Source of the DNA: an uncultured bacterium
GTDB taxonomy: Bacteria > Bacillota_I > Bacilli_A > RFN20 > CAG-826
DNA: 64,000 bases
Direction: 5' to 3'
Assembly: GCA_949285455.1 (NCBI GenBank)
Contig: CASDXP010000003.1
Coordinates: forward strand, 67,210 to 131,209
This document shows positions 1-13,859 of the stretch, piece by piece; the stretch's first letter is position 1, and the number at the start of each line of letters is the position of its first letter. The notes under the pieces are model-generated. The model did no database searches and was not told the origin of the DNA. It saw only the letters and a program-made list of their open reading frames with translations. The translations under genes were made by a program, and so were the position numbers.

Positions 1-799
1 TTTTTGCTTCTTCAAATAAATCTAAGAAAGACTTATACGATTTTTCCCCAGTCGCAGGATAAAGCCATTCGCTATGCTTTAAATTTAAGTAATCGTAAAT
101 ATCGTCATTATTAAGTCCTAATGGATAAGATAAAGCATTCATGATTGAATTATGCATATGTTTAGAGAAATATCTTTTCTTACCACCTTTCTTAGAATTT
201 AAAAATTTCTCGACGAATCTAAAATCTTTATAGGCTTGATAATATGTGTTTTTGCCTAAATCGATATCGAATACTTCTTTCGCTACCGCATCGAACATCT
301 TAGAGACCATTTTACCTTCTTTACGTTTGATTTTTACTAAATCTTTAGGTTGGGCAAAGAATGCTTTTTCTTCTTTGAGTAGCACATCTAAGTTCGTCTC
401 AAACGCCGTATGGGCTAAAGAATAAAATTTATGATCTTTTTGATTTTCTTTTCCTTCGATGACGAAACCCGTGCGATAAAAAACGTATGGATGAGCGATA
501 TGATCTAGACAGTAATGGAACATAAAACCACGAATAAAAGAAAACAATATTTCTTTTTCTTCATCTTCTTTACCATTCGCATATCTTAGCATCGCATCGT
601 AAGTTTGAGCGATATCAATTTTATGAAGCATGCGTCCAAAACCTTGTCTAGCGGCTTTATTTTTTCTCATCTTCAAAGAATAACCATAAAAGAAAAAAGC
701 ATCTGGTCCTTGCGCTGCTAAAAGATATAAAGAAGGATGTTTTTCTTCCTCTTTTATTAAATCTAAAGCGAATAAATAATGAGTGTACAAAGCTGGCAT
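1..799 (-). CDS. Zinc-dependent phospholipase C family protein (3' end runs off the window)
   Basis: Not in the ORF track. ATG at 799 lies just after the stop of the 801-1040 ORF. Reads MPALYTHYLFA...AQGPDAFFF...GFMFHYCLDHIAHPYVFYR, matching the N-terminal H, GPD and HxxxDxxxHP metal motifs of Zn_dep_PLPC. Confidence 0.75.
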   Translation of the reverse strand, partial: MPALYTHYLFALDLIKEEEKHPSLYLLAAQGPDAFFFYGYSLKMRKNKAARQGFGRMLHKIDIAQTYDAMLRYANGKEDEEKEILFSFIRGFMFHYCLDHIAHPYVFYRTGFVIEGKENQKDHKFYSLAHTAFETNLDVLLKEEKAFFAQPKDLVKIKRKEGKMVSKMFDAVAKEVFDIDLGKNTYYQAYKDFRFVEKFLNSKKGGKKRYFSKHMHNSIMNALSYPLGLNNDDIYDYLNLKHSEWLYPATGEKSYKSFLDLFEEAK

Positions 800-800
800 A

Positions 801-1040
801 TTATTTTTCACCTCCAAAATAGAAGTAAAGAACGATGACTAAAATTATGATGATAAGAAGTAAACTACCAATGATAGAAATAGCGAGCCATGGAATAGAT
901 TTTTTATTGCTTGCATTTTTATCGTTGAGATAAGAAAAATCAGCTTTAAGTTGTTTAGTTGGACGATATTCTTCTTCGCCTTTATTCGGTGAAGTATCTT
1001 CTAATATGACGATATTTTTTTCTTCTTCATTTTGTCGCAT
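801..1040 (-). CDS. Small hypothetical protein with C-terminal transmembrane helix
   Basis: 79 aa, hydrophobic C-terminus, tightly packed between its neighbours, SD-like AAGGAAG upstream. Confidence 0.7.
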   Translation of the reverse strand: MRQNEEEKNIVILEDTSPNKGEEEYRPTKQLKADFSYLNDKNASNKKSIPWLAISIIGSLLLIIIILVIVLYFYFGGEK

Positions 1041-1042
1041 TT

Positions 1043-1813
1043 TTAAACTTCCTTTATTTTATAATAACTTTTTACGAGGCGAAGCAAAAGTAAGAGGATA
1101 AATAAATAGAGCGGAACGTCGATGAAAAAGACGATAGCCTGTGCCATAAAAATGAGTAAGAAAGGCACTTCAAAATAATAAGTTTTTAATCCGCTTCCTA
1201 AGAACAAAGCAAAGCATATTTCCAACACCGTAATCGCGTTTAAAAAAGAAAATAAAGGCACATGATTATTTTTCTTTTTAAAATAACGATTGATAAAATA
1301 AGCCGCTAGATATAGCAAAGCAAAAAGAAGGAACGCCACAATAGCGAGAGTAATCTTCAACCAATTTTCTAAAATGAAAGTTGTGGAATTAAAATCTAAA
1401 CTATCTGTGTAAGTTAAATAGATGAGCAAACCAACGTAAATTGAACTAGAAAGAACGATGTTAATAATTAGGCTAATGTAAGACTTTTTAATAAGTAAAA
1501 ATAATCTCACGACAAAGTAAGCAAAAAATCCTAATAAGAAATATTGTAAAGTGAAAAGATAATATGGCGGTAAACCAGTAAAATCGACGATAAAGTAACC
1601 TAATAAATCACTTAAACCACCGACAATTCCCCCATAAATTGGTCCTAAGATGATGCTTGTAAAAATGATTAAGGCAGGACCAATAGATATTCTTACGAAA
1701 GGTAAAGCTGGTAAATTTTGTATAGATAAGACTTTCGTAAAAACGATAATTAAGGCGAGCAAAATACCAGATAAACAAATCTTTTGTACATGGTTTAATT
1801 TGATAATATTCAT
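1043..1813 (-). CDS. folT: Folate ECF transporter S component
   Basis: S-component pattern (RISIG..II..SIILGPIYGGIVGGLSDLLG), multiple TM helices, 4-nt overlap with folC. Confidence 0.7.
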   Translation of the reverse strand: MNIIKLNHVQKICLSGILLALIIVFTKVLSIQNLPALPFVRISIGPALIIFTSIILGPIYGGIVGGLSDLLGYFIVDFTGLPPYYLFTLQYFLLGFFAYFVVRLFLLIKKSYISLIINIVLSSSIYVGLLIYLTYTDSLDFNSTTFILENWLKITLAIVAFLLFALLYLAAYFINRYFKKKNNHVPLFSFLNAITVLEICFALFLGSGLKTYYFEVPFLLIFMAQAIVFFIDVPLYLFILLLLLRLVKSYYKIKEV

Positions 1814-3030
1814 AACTTCGTTCTCACTTCGTCGATGAAGGCAATAGAGCCAGAGATGAGGATGATGTCATCAGGATAATTTTCTTTGAAACGATTTAAA
1901 ATAGAACAATAATCTTCGCTAAAAGGGAAATCTTCTAAGTACAAGAAATAATCAAATTCTCCTCTCGCTCTTTTATTTTGAAAAGTTGTTAAGACGATAT
2001 CATGCGAAATTTTTTCAAATTCTTCTAAGAGCAAAGGTAAGTTTTTATCTTCTAAACAAGCGAAGATAATATGAACTGGTTTATCAAATAAAGAAATTGA
2101 TTCATTTAAGCAAGAGACAGCATCAGGTGTATGCGCGCCATCGAGAATGATAAGAGGCAAAGTTTGCACTACTTCCATCCTTCGATCTAAAGCTTTAAAT
2201 GTATAAGTTGATAACTTATCATAATCGACAGGTAAAATATCTTTTAAAATTTGACTAGCTTCTAAGGCAATTAAAAGATTATGATAACCATATTTTGGAC
2301 CTAAATACTTGTATGTATGACTAGCGTATGTTAAAGAATGATGTAAAGCATCTTCATCGCTTTGTCTATAAGAAGAGATAACATGCTCTTCTGCTTTTAA
2401 CTTCTTCGCTCTTATCGCAATCGCAGTCCTTGCCTCTTCATTTACTTCTTCACCTATTAAATAAGGTTTATTATCTTTTAAAATACCAGCTTTATGATAA
2501 GCAATTTCAGAGATGGTTTTACCAAGGTAAGAAGTATGTTCCAAGGTGACGCTAGTGATGATGGCTAATGCACAAGTATCGATAATATTAGTCGCATCAA
2601 TATCTCCACCCATCCCTACTTCTAAAAGTAAAACATCTAATTTAATGCTAGAAAAATAAGCGAACATCACAATAGTAATCATTTCAAATGCAGTCAAATC
2701 ATATTGGATGAAATCTTCGATACGTTCTTGAAATAATTTTAAAAAGATTTGTTCATCGATCATTATCTCGTTCACTCTAATCATTTCATTATATTTATAA
2801 TGAGACGGGGAAACATAACTCCCTACAGTGTAACCCATCAAACGATAAATCATCTCAAGATAATGTAAGGTTGAACCTTTACCGTTCGTTCCAGTAATGT
2901 GAATGATTGGACAAGATATATGAATTGGATGTTTTTTTACATAGCGTAAAAGATTTTCGTTATCGTAAAGTTCACGATGATCATGTTCTTTTAAAATATT
3001 TTCTAAAGCTAGATAAGAATCGATGTGCAT
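1810..3030 (-). CDS. folC: Folylpolyglutamate synthase/dihydrofolate synthase
   Basis: IHITGTNGKGS P-loop, EVGMGG.DATN, LEHT..LG, LDGAH motifs. Confidence 0.93.
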   Translation of the reverse strand: MHIDSYLALENILKEHDHRELYDNENLLRYVKKHPIHISCPIIHITGTNGKGSTLHYLEMIYRLMGYTVGSYVSPSHYKYNEMIRVNEIMIDEQIFLKLFQERIEDFIQYDLTAFEMITIVMFAYFSSIKLDVLLLEVGMGGDIDATNIIDTCALAIITSVTLEHTSYLGKTISEIAYHKAGILKDNKPYLIGEEVNEEARTAIAIRAKKLKAEEHVISSYRQSDEDALHHSLTYASHTYKYLGPKYGYHNLLIALEASQILKDILPVDYDKLSTYTFKALDRRMEVVQTLPLIILDGAHTPDAVSCLNESISLFDKPVHIIFACLEDKNLPLLLEEFEKISHDIVLTTFQNKRARGEFDYFLYLEDFPFSEDYCSILNRFKENYPDDIILISGSIAFIDEVRTKL

Positions 3031-3048
3031 ATTGTCACCTCTAAGATA

Positions 3049-3528
3049 TTATTTAATATCTTTAATATGGCTCTTCATCGCTTTATCTAAATTTCGTTGG
3101 TTATCTCTTTCTTTTAAAGCTTCGCGTTTATCATAAAGTTTTTTACCCTTGCCAAGGGCGAGCAATAATTTAGCTTTACCTTTGATCAAATAAAGTTCAA
3201 GAGGCACTAAAGTTAATCTTTTTTCTTTCACTTTTTGAGCATAACGATGAATTTCTCTTTTATGCATCAAAAGTTTTCTCGTCCTTCTTGGCTCATGATT
3301 GAAGATATTACCTTTTTCGTATGGAGCGATATACATGTTTAAAATATAAGCTTCATTTTGACGGAAGACGACGTAACTATCATCTAAAGAAACGTGATTT
3401 AATCTAATGGATTTTATTTCTGTTCCAGTTAGCACTAAGCCCACTTCTAAAAAATCGTCGAGGAAGTAATCATGACGAGCTTTACGATTGTTGACGATAA
3501 TTTTTTTGTGCGATGTATTGTTTGCCAT
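3049..3528 (-). CDS. smpB: SsrA-binding protein
   Basis: NRKARHDY, GLVLTGTEIKSIR, RTRKLL, GKKLYDKRE. Start moved to ATG 3528 because the track's GTG 3546 overlaps a TATAAT box. Confidence 0.96.
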   Translation of the reverse strand: MANNTSHKKIIVNNRKARHDYFLDDFLEVGLVLTGTEIKSIRLNHVSLDDSYVVFRQNEAYILNMYIAPYEKGNIFNHEPRRTRKLLMHKREIHRYAQKVKEKRLTLVPLELYLIKGKAKLLLALGKGKKLYDKREALKERDNQRNLDKAMKSHIKDIK

Positions 3529-3580
3529 AGCGTATAGATTATACACTAATAAACATAAATAAAATTAAAATTTTAAAGAT

Positions 3581-4690
3581 TTAATACTTTTCTTTTTCTT
3601 CTTGTCTCAATCTTATGCCCTTTTTTAAAGCATCCATACGCTCCAAAGAATTCAAAAGATGGGATAAAGAATTAAGACGAGCTATGTTATAACGTTTCAA
3701 AATGAAATAGCCTTTGAAAATGCGTAAAGAAATGAATGTTCTAAATCTTGAATAACCTCTTAAGACTGTAAGATATCTTGCGAAGAAATGATGCGCAAAT
3801 TTTTCATATTCTTCTTTTATTAAATCATCATCTAAAATCTTTTTTGATCTCGCGTAAAATTTATCTAAACTAGTGCGACTATTTGAAACGTAAACTTTAT
3901 GGTCTTTTAAAATGATTGGATAATAAACAGTTTCTTTCGTCTTCACATCGTAAGAAATTAAGAAAGCATCTTTTTTATTTAAATGCGTTTTTAAAGCCTT
4001 CGTGTCGAGCATTAAATCACCGTGCCCATAGATAATTTTCGCACCGTTATAAGTTTCAAAACCACCCGCAAAAGCTGGAGATTCAATGAGCACAAAAGTC
4101 GCACCAGCGTCTACAAGACTATGAGCTTTTTTCTTCATGGATGGGGTAGGATATTTAATATCTGATAAACCAGTTTTTAAAACGACGATAACGTCTTTAT
4201 ATTCCATTTTAGCTTTCTTAACTTCTTCGTAACTATAATCGCTAGAGAAGACATTCGCGCCATAATCTTCATCATCATCATACGTCGCACTATCGTCGAC
4301 GTAATTTAAGATAGCAATATTTTCAAAGATGAACGGTTCCATCAAAGATTCTTCCTTTAGCCCAGCTCCAAGATGATATAAATCATTTTGATCAAGTTGT
4401 TCTAAAGTATTAATTAAACCTTTCTCACCACAATCTAAAAGACGTTCGTTCGCGAGAGTGACAAGAATGGTCTTTGGAATCTTGCCTAAAAACTTTGCGA
4501 CATCATTTGACATCGCACGCTGAGTCTTATAGACATCTTTATTTTCCACCAAAGGTGAATGTAATCCTATAACCGCGAGTTCGTGTTCTTTAAATAAATC
4601 GATGATCGATTCATCAAAAACATTATAGACGTTGCCTTTTAAAACATCATCTTCATCCGAATAAAAATAACCACAAAATAATATTTTCAT
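3581..4690 (-). CDS. CapA/PGA_cap-like metallophosphatase-fold protein with degenerate metal ligands
   Basis: Spacing matches CapA (LANxxxxDxG..GL..T, YHLGAG, LVDAGA..V, YNG..IIY), but the conserved His residues are replaced. Confidence 0.7.
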   Translation of the reverse strand: MKILFCGYFYSDEDDVLKGNVYNVFDESIIDLFKEHELAVIGLHSPLVENKDVYKTQRAMSNDVAKFLGKIPKTILVTLANERLLDCGEKGLINTLEQLDQNDLYHLGAGLKEESLMEPFIFENIAILNYVDDSATYDDDEDYGANVFSSDYSYEEVKKAKMEYKDVIVVLKTGLSDIKYPTPSMKKKAHSLVDAGATFVLIESPAFAGGFETYNGAKIIYGHGDLMLDTKALKTHLNKKDAFLISYDVKTKETVYYPIILKDHKVYVSNSRTSLDKFYARSKKILDDDLIKEEYEKFAHHFFARYLTVLRGYSRFRTFISLRIFKGYFILKRYNIARLNSLSHLLNSLERMDALKKGIRLRQEEKEKY

Positions 4691-4696
4691 AAGATT

Positions 4697-5440
4697 TTAC
4701 TTCAAAGAGATATAAACCTCTGGCCCCTCTCCTCTTTCAAAACTAAATTTATCAGGTGGAAAAATATCCATCGGCTTTTTAACTCCGTAGGTAGAAAAAT
4801 TAATTGAAGGAAAAACTTGATAAAGTTTTGAAACGAGTAAAGCGAATGGATATTTTGAATTTTCGCTAGAATTTAAAATATTGCTCGCTAAATCTAAAAC
4901 CATGTCTAACGTCGGCTCGCTTTCATAAACTGGTTGTTCATTAGAGTCTTCAATCTCTTCCTTTACTTCTTCAACTTTCTTTTTGCTTGTAGACTTTCTA
5001 TGCACTGGTTTTGCTTTAAGAGTAAAGAAACGATCGCAAGCATTAACGAAAGCTTGTGGGGTTTTACTTTCGCCTGCTCCAATGACGTACATATTCGATT
5101 CTTTCAATCTTTTAACTAAGCCAGTGAAATCGCTATCGCTCGACATAATGCAAAAGGCATCGACATTTCCGCTATATAAAATATCCATTGCGTCGATGAT
5201 GAGTCTTGAATCGGTGACGTTCTTTTGTTTCGTATAAGAAAATTCTTGAACAGGTGTGATAGAATGGACGTTAATTAATTTAATCCAACCTGTTTCATAG
5301 CGACTTGTAAAATCTCCATACATTCTTTTATAAGTCACTTTACCAAAGGTAATTAACTTTTCATAAAGTTCAGTAAAATAACTAGAAGAAACATTTTCTG
5401 TATCAATTAATAGAGCGATTCGTAAGTTATTATTTTCCAT
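4697..5440 (-). CDS. NYN (LabA/DUF88) domain protein with probable C-terminal OST-HTH/LOTUS
   Basis: IALLIDTEN, KN.TD..LIIDAMD, SSDSDFT.L, ACDRF motifs; C-terminal FPSINFSTYG.KK. Confidence 0.88.
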   Translation of the reverse strand: MENNNLRIALLIDTENVSSSYFTELYEKLITFGKVTYKRMYGDFTSRYETGWIKLINVHSITPVQEFSYTKQKNVTDSRLIIDAMDILYSGNVDAFCIMSSDSDFTGLVKRLKESNMYVIGAGESKTPQAFVNACDRFFTLKAKPVHRKSTSKKKVEEVKEEIEDSNEQPVYESEPTLDMVLDLASNILNSSENSKYPFALLVSKLYQVFPSINFSTYGVKKPMDIFPPDKFSFERGEGPEVYISLK

Positions 5441-6466
5441 TTAGTTTTTACTCCTTTCTTCATTTTTAATTAAGAAATGATAAGCATCTTTCAAAGCATC
5501 TTCGACGCTAAATTTGGGTGTGAAGCCTAATTCTTTTCTTGCTAAATCAATGGATGCAAATGATGCAGTCGCATCCCCTGCTCTACGTGGTCCAATGACG
5601 TAAGGCAAATCAATGTTATTAACTTTCTTAAATGAATTCACTAATTCTAATACTGAGGTACCTTTGCCTGTACCAAGATTATAAATTTTAAGTGGCTCAT
5701 CCATCGTTAAAATTTTTTTGATAGCAAGAACGTGACCATGAGCTAAATCACAAACGTGAATATAATCACGAATACAACTTCCATCAGGAGTATCATAATC
5801 ATCGCCAAAGATAGTAAGATGATCAATTTTTTTCGCCGCTACTCGCAATATGTAAGGCACTAGATTATTAGGAATATCTTTAGGGTCTTCACCAATAAGA
5901 CCAGAGGCATGCGCGCCGATAGGATTAAAATATCTTAATAAAATAGCGTGCATCCCATCATTTGCCTTAACGAAATCTTTGATGAGCATTTCATTAATTA
6001 ACTTAGTCTCACCATACGGATTTTTAATCTCACCAATGGGCGTATCTTCAGTACACGGTAACACTTTTGGATCACCATACACAGTAGCAGAGGAAGAAAA
6101 AATAATATTATGCACTCCATGTTTTTTCATCGCTTTTAAAACAGCAATTGTACCATCGATATTCACCTCGTAATATAGAAGTGGTTTTTCGACTGATTCA
6201 GCGACGGCTTTCAAGGCCGCGAAATGAATGACACCGCTGATGGTGTTTTCGCTAAATATCTTATCTAAAAGGGCATTATCTCTAACGTCGCCTTGATAAA
6301 ATTTAGGCATTTTGCCGGTAATTTGCTGGATATATGATAAAACTTCAATATGTGAATTAGATAGATTATCAACGATGCAAACATCGTAACCTTCATTTAA
6401 TAAATCGACGACAGTGTGGCTGCCAATAAAACCTAAACCACCAGTAGTAAGTATCATTTTTTTCAT
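5441..6466 (-). CDS. galE: UDP-glucose 4-epimerase
   Basis: TGGLGFIGSH, HFAALKAVAES, FSSSATVYG, YGETK, LRYFNP, RDYIHV. Confidence 0.96.
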   Translation of the reverse strand: MKKMILTTGGLGFIGSHTVVDLLNEGYDVCIVDNLSNSHIEVLSYIQQITGKMPKFYQGDVRDNALLDKIFSENTISGVIHFAALKAVAESVEKPLLYYEVNIDGTIAVLKAMKKHGVHNIIFSSSATVYGDPKVLPCTEDTPIGEIKNPYGETKLINEMLIKDFVKANDGMHAILLRYFNPIGAHASGLIGEDPKDIPNNLVPYILRVAAKKIDHLTIFGDDYDTPDGSCIRDYIHVCDLAHGHVLAIKKILTMDEPLKIYNLGTGKGTSVLELVNSFKKVNNIDLPYVIGPRRAGDATASFASIDLARKELGFTPKFSVEDALKDAYHFLIKNEERSKN

Positions 6467-6472
6467 ATTTTT

Positions 6473-7900
6473 TTACCTCTTTTTTAATTCTTCATTTAAT
6501 AATTTAGACGCCAAAGCAGGATTAGCCTTACCTTTTGTTTCTTTCATAATTTGGCCAACTAGAAAAGACGCGGCTCTACCTTTACCATTTTTAAAATCTT
6601 GAATAGCAATAGGATTTTCATCAAGCAAACGATTGATGAGAGATAGCAAGGTCGATTCATCACTAATTTGCGAAATATCATTTTTCTTTACGATATCAAT
6701 TGGACTTTCATCACTTTTGACAATTTGCTTAAAAATATCTCTTGCTTGAGCATTAGATATTTGTTTTTCCCCCACTAAGTTGATAAGTTCACCTAGATGT
6801 TTAGCTGATAAATTGAAAGTTGAATTTAATCCACTTACATAAGTTAAAACATCGCCGTTGATGAAATGAATTAATAAATCGTAATATGAACAAGTTTTGA
6901 CAGCTTCATCGAAAAGTAAAGCCAATGAACGATTTTTTAACAAAGTTAAAGCATCGTAATCACTCACTTTAAATTCCTTCGTATAACGTTCAAATTTGAC
7001 GTCCGCGAGTTCAAATGAACTTTCGATTGTTGTCTTGATAAACTCTTCGCTTAATGAAATAGGTAAAATATTTGGTTCGCTAAAATATTTATAATCCACC
7101 GCATCAGTCTTTACTCGCATGAGAACAGTTTCCATCTTACTTTCATCAAATCTTCTCGTCTCTTGTCTTACTTTTTCTCCACTTGTAATCAATGCCTTTT
7201 GCCTTTCAATTTCATAGGCGATAGCTTTTTCGACATTTGCGGTCGAGTTAAGATTTTTAATTTCGACTTTCGTGCCAAATTCTTTACTACCTTGTGGAGC
7301 GATAGAAATATTGACATCGCACCTTAAAGAACCCTCTTCCATCTTGCCATCGCTCACATCGAGATAGACACAAATTTCTCTAATCTTTTCGACGTATAGT
7401 CTCGCTACTTTGGCATCGTGAATGCAAGGTAAGGTAACAATTTCACAAAGTGGAACGCCTGCACGGTTATAATCTAATAAAGTAAAATCTGTGAAATGTA
7501 GTTGTTTACACGTATCTTCTTCCATATGTAGTCTTTCAATATCCACGCGCACTTCTTTACCATCTAATTTGACAAGTAAGTAACCATTTTTACCAATAGG
7601 CCTTTCATTTTGAGTAATTTGATAGCCCTTTGGTAAATCACTATAAAAGTAATTCTTACGATCAAAATACAAAGTATGATCAATTTCCATATGAAGAGCG
7701 TGCGAAAGCTTTATCGCATTTTCCACTGCTCTTTTATTGACAGTTGGCATAGTGCCAGGCATTCCTAAATCGATAGGCAAAACAGAAGTATTAGGCTTTT
7801 TACCATAGACATTAGGAGCGCTAGAAAACATCTTTGAATTAGATTTAGTTTCAACATGAATTTCTAGCCCAATCGTAGCTTCATATATGACGTTATTCAT
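6473..7900 (-). CDS. gatB: Asp/Glu-tRNA amidotransferase subunit B
   Basis: IGLEIH, FDRKNYFY.DLPKGYQITQ, LRCDVNIS, VEIKNLNS. Confidence 0.97.
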   Translation of the reverse strand: MNNVIYEATIGLEIHVETKSNSKMFSSAPNVYGKKPNTSVLPIDLGMPGTMPTVNKRAVENAIKLSHALHMEIDHTLYFDRKNYFYSDLPKGYQITQNERPIGKNGYLLVKLDGKEVRVDIERLHMEEDTCKQLHFTDFTLLDYNRAGVPLCEIVTLPCIHDAKVARLYVEKIREICVYLDVSDGKMEEGSLRCDVNISIAPQGSKEFGTKVEIKNLNSTANVEKAIAYEIERQKALITSGEKVRQETRRFDESKMETVLMRVKTDAVDYKYFSEPNILPISLSEEFIKTTIESSFELADVKFERYTKEFKVSDYDALTLLKNRSLALLFDEAVKTCSYYDLLIHFINGDVLTYVSGLNSTFNLSAKHLGELINLVGEKQISNAQARDIFKQIVKSDESPIDIVKKNDISQISDESTLLSLINRLLDENPIAIQDFKNGKGRAASFLVGQIMKETKGKANPALASKLLNEELKKR

Positions 7901-9358
7901 ATTTATTCACCTCCGGATAAGAAAGACCTTTCATTCCGGTCGTATTTTCGATGACCTTAGCAATGCGTAAAAGTTTCAAATCATCGAAGGTTTTAGCAGT
8001 AATGTTAACACCAAAAGGCATCTTTTTTTTCAAGCCGAGCGGGAGAGTAATCGAAGGCCCACCTGAGAAATTAGCGATAGCAAGATAATTATCGTTGATG
8101 ACGTAAGCATCAGATAATTTATCGGTTGCCTCGAAAAATTTAGGAGCAATAGAAGGCGCCGCTAAAGAGATGAAACCATCCGCATCCGCTAATAATTCAT
8201 CTAAACGTTCCACGATTTTTCTACGCACTTTTTTAGCTCTTAAAAATAAGGTCTTTTGATTCTCTTTATATAAGACGTAACTTCCGATGACGAAACGACG
8301 TTTAATTAAATTGGAAAATCCTTGAGTTCTAGCATTCATCATCACTTCTTGATAAGTCTTGCCTTCTGGTCTAGGCCCGAATTTAACACCATCAAGATTT
8401 GCATTATTGCTCGTTGCTTCGGCAAAAGAGATGACGTTATAAGATGGATAGATGGCTGCTAATAAATTGTGACCAAATGAAACTTCTTTTATAGTGACAC
8501 CATTTTCTTTCAATTTATTTAGTAAATTATGATAAGCCTTCAATGTTACTTCATCTTTTAAATTGACGTCTAAATCTTTAAAGACTAAAAGCGTAATATT
8601 TTTTTCTTCGCTTTTGCTTTCATCATCCTTTAAAGTAACATCTAACGAAGTAGCGTCATTTAAATCGTGTTTCATCAATAGATCAAGCAATAATTTTGCG
8701 TCATCGACTGTACGAGTAAAGTAGGCGACAGTATCCAAAGATGGAGCGTAACTAAATAAACCAAAACGAGAAATTAATCCCCACGTGGGCTTAAAGCCCA
8801 CTAAGCCAGCATAAGAAGCGGGTTTTCTTACTGAGTCACCAGTATCTGAACCGATAGCGAAAGGAACAATTGAAGCGCTGACCGAAGCAGCAGAGCCACT
8901 AGAAGAACCACCGACCATACGTTCATGTTTTGGATCATAAGGATTAAAAGTTGTGCCGATATGAGAAGTCGTACCAGTCCCACCCATCGCTAATTCATCC
9001 ATGCTTGCTTTAGCGACCATAACTGCTTTCGCGTCTTTTAAAAGTTTGTAGACGGTCGCATCGTAAAGTGGAACAAAATCATTGAGGATATTTGAACTTG
9101 CTGTCGTCTTGATGCCTTTCGTCGAATAATTATCTTTTAAAACGTAAGGAATCGCAAAAAACACATTGTCGACTGGAACTTCTTCTTCATCTAATTTTAA
9201 AGCAAGATTTAATGCTTCTTCTTCATTCACGAATTCGAATGCATTATTCGTATCTTCTTTAATTCGTTTTAGTGCTTCTTTACAAAGTAAAGATGGTTTA
9301 GTTTTACCTTCTAATAAGGCTTGATGAATACTTAAAATATCTAAATCTAAATAAGACA

Positions 9359-9359
<1 letters not shown>
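7893..9359 (-). CDS. gatA: Asp/Glu-tRNA amidotransferase subunit A
   Basis: Amidase signature GGSSSGSAA, GSDTGDSVRKPA; lies between gatC and gatB. Confidence 0.96.
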
Positions 9360-13856
<4,497 letters not shown>

Positions 13857-13859
13857 AAA

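Noticed and set aside
1810..1840. THF riboswitch upstream of folT
   Set aside because: folT overlaps folC, leaving no non-coding leader.
3049..3580. tmRNA (ssrA) next to smpB
   Set aside because: The flanking spacers are under 60 nt and contain no tRNA-like ends.
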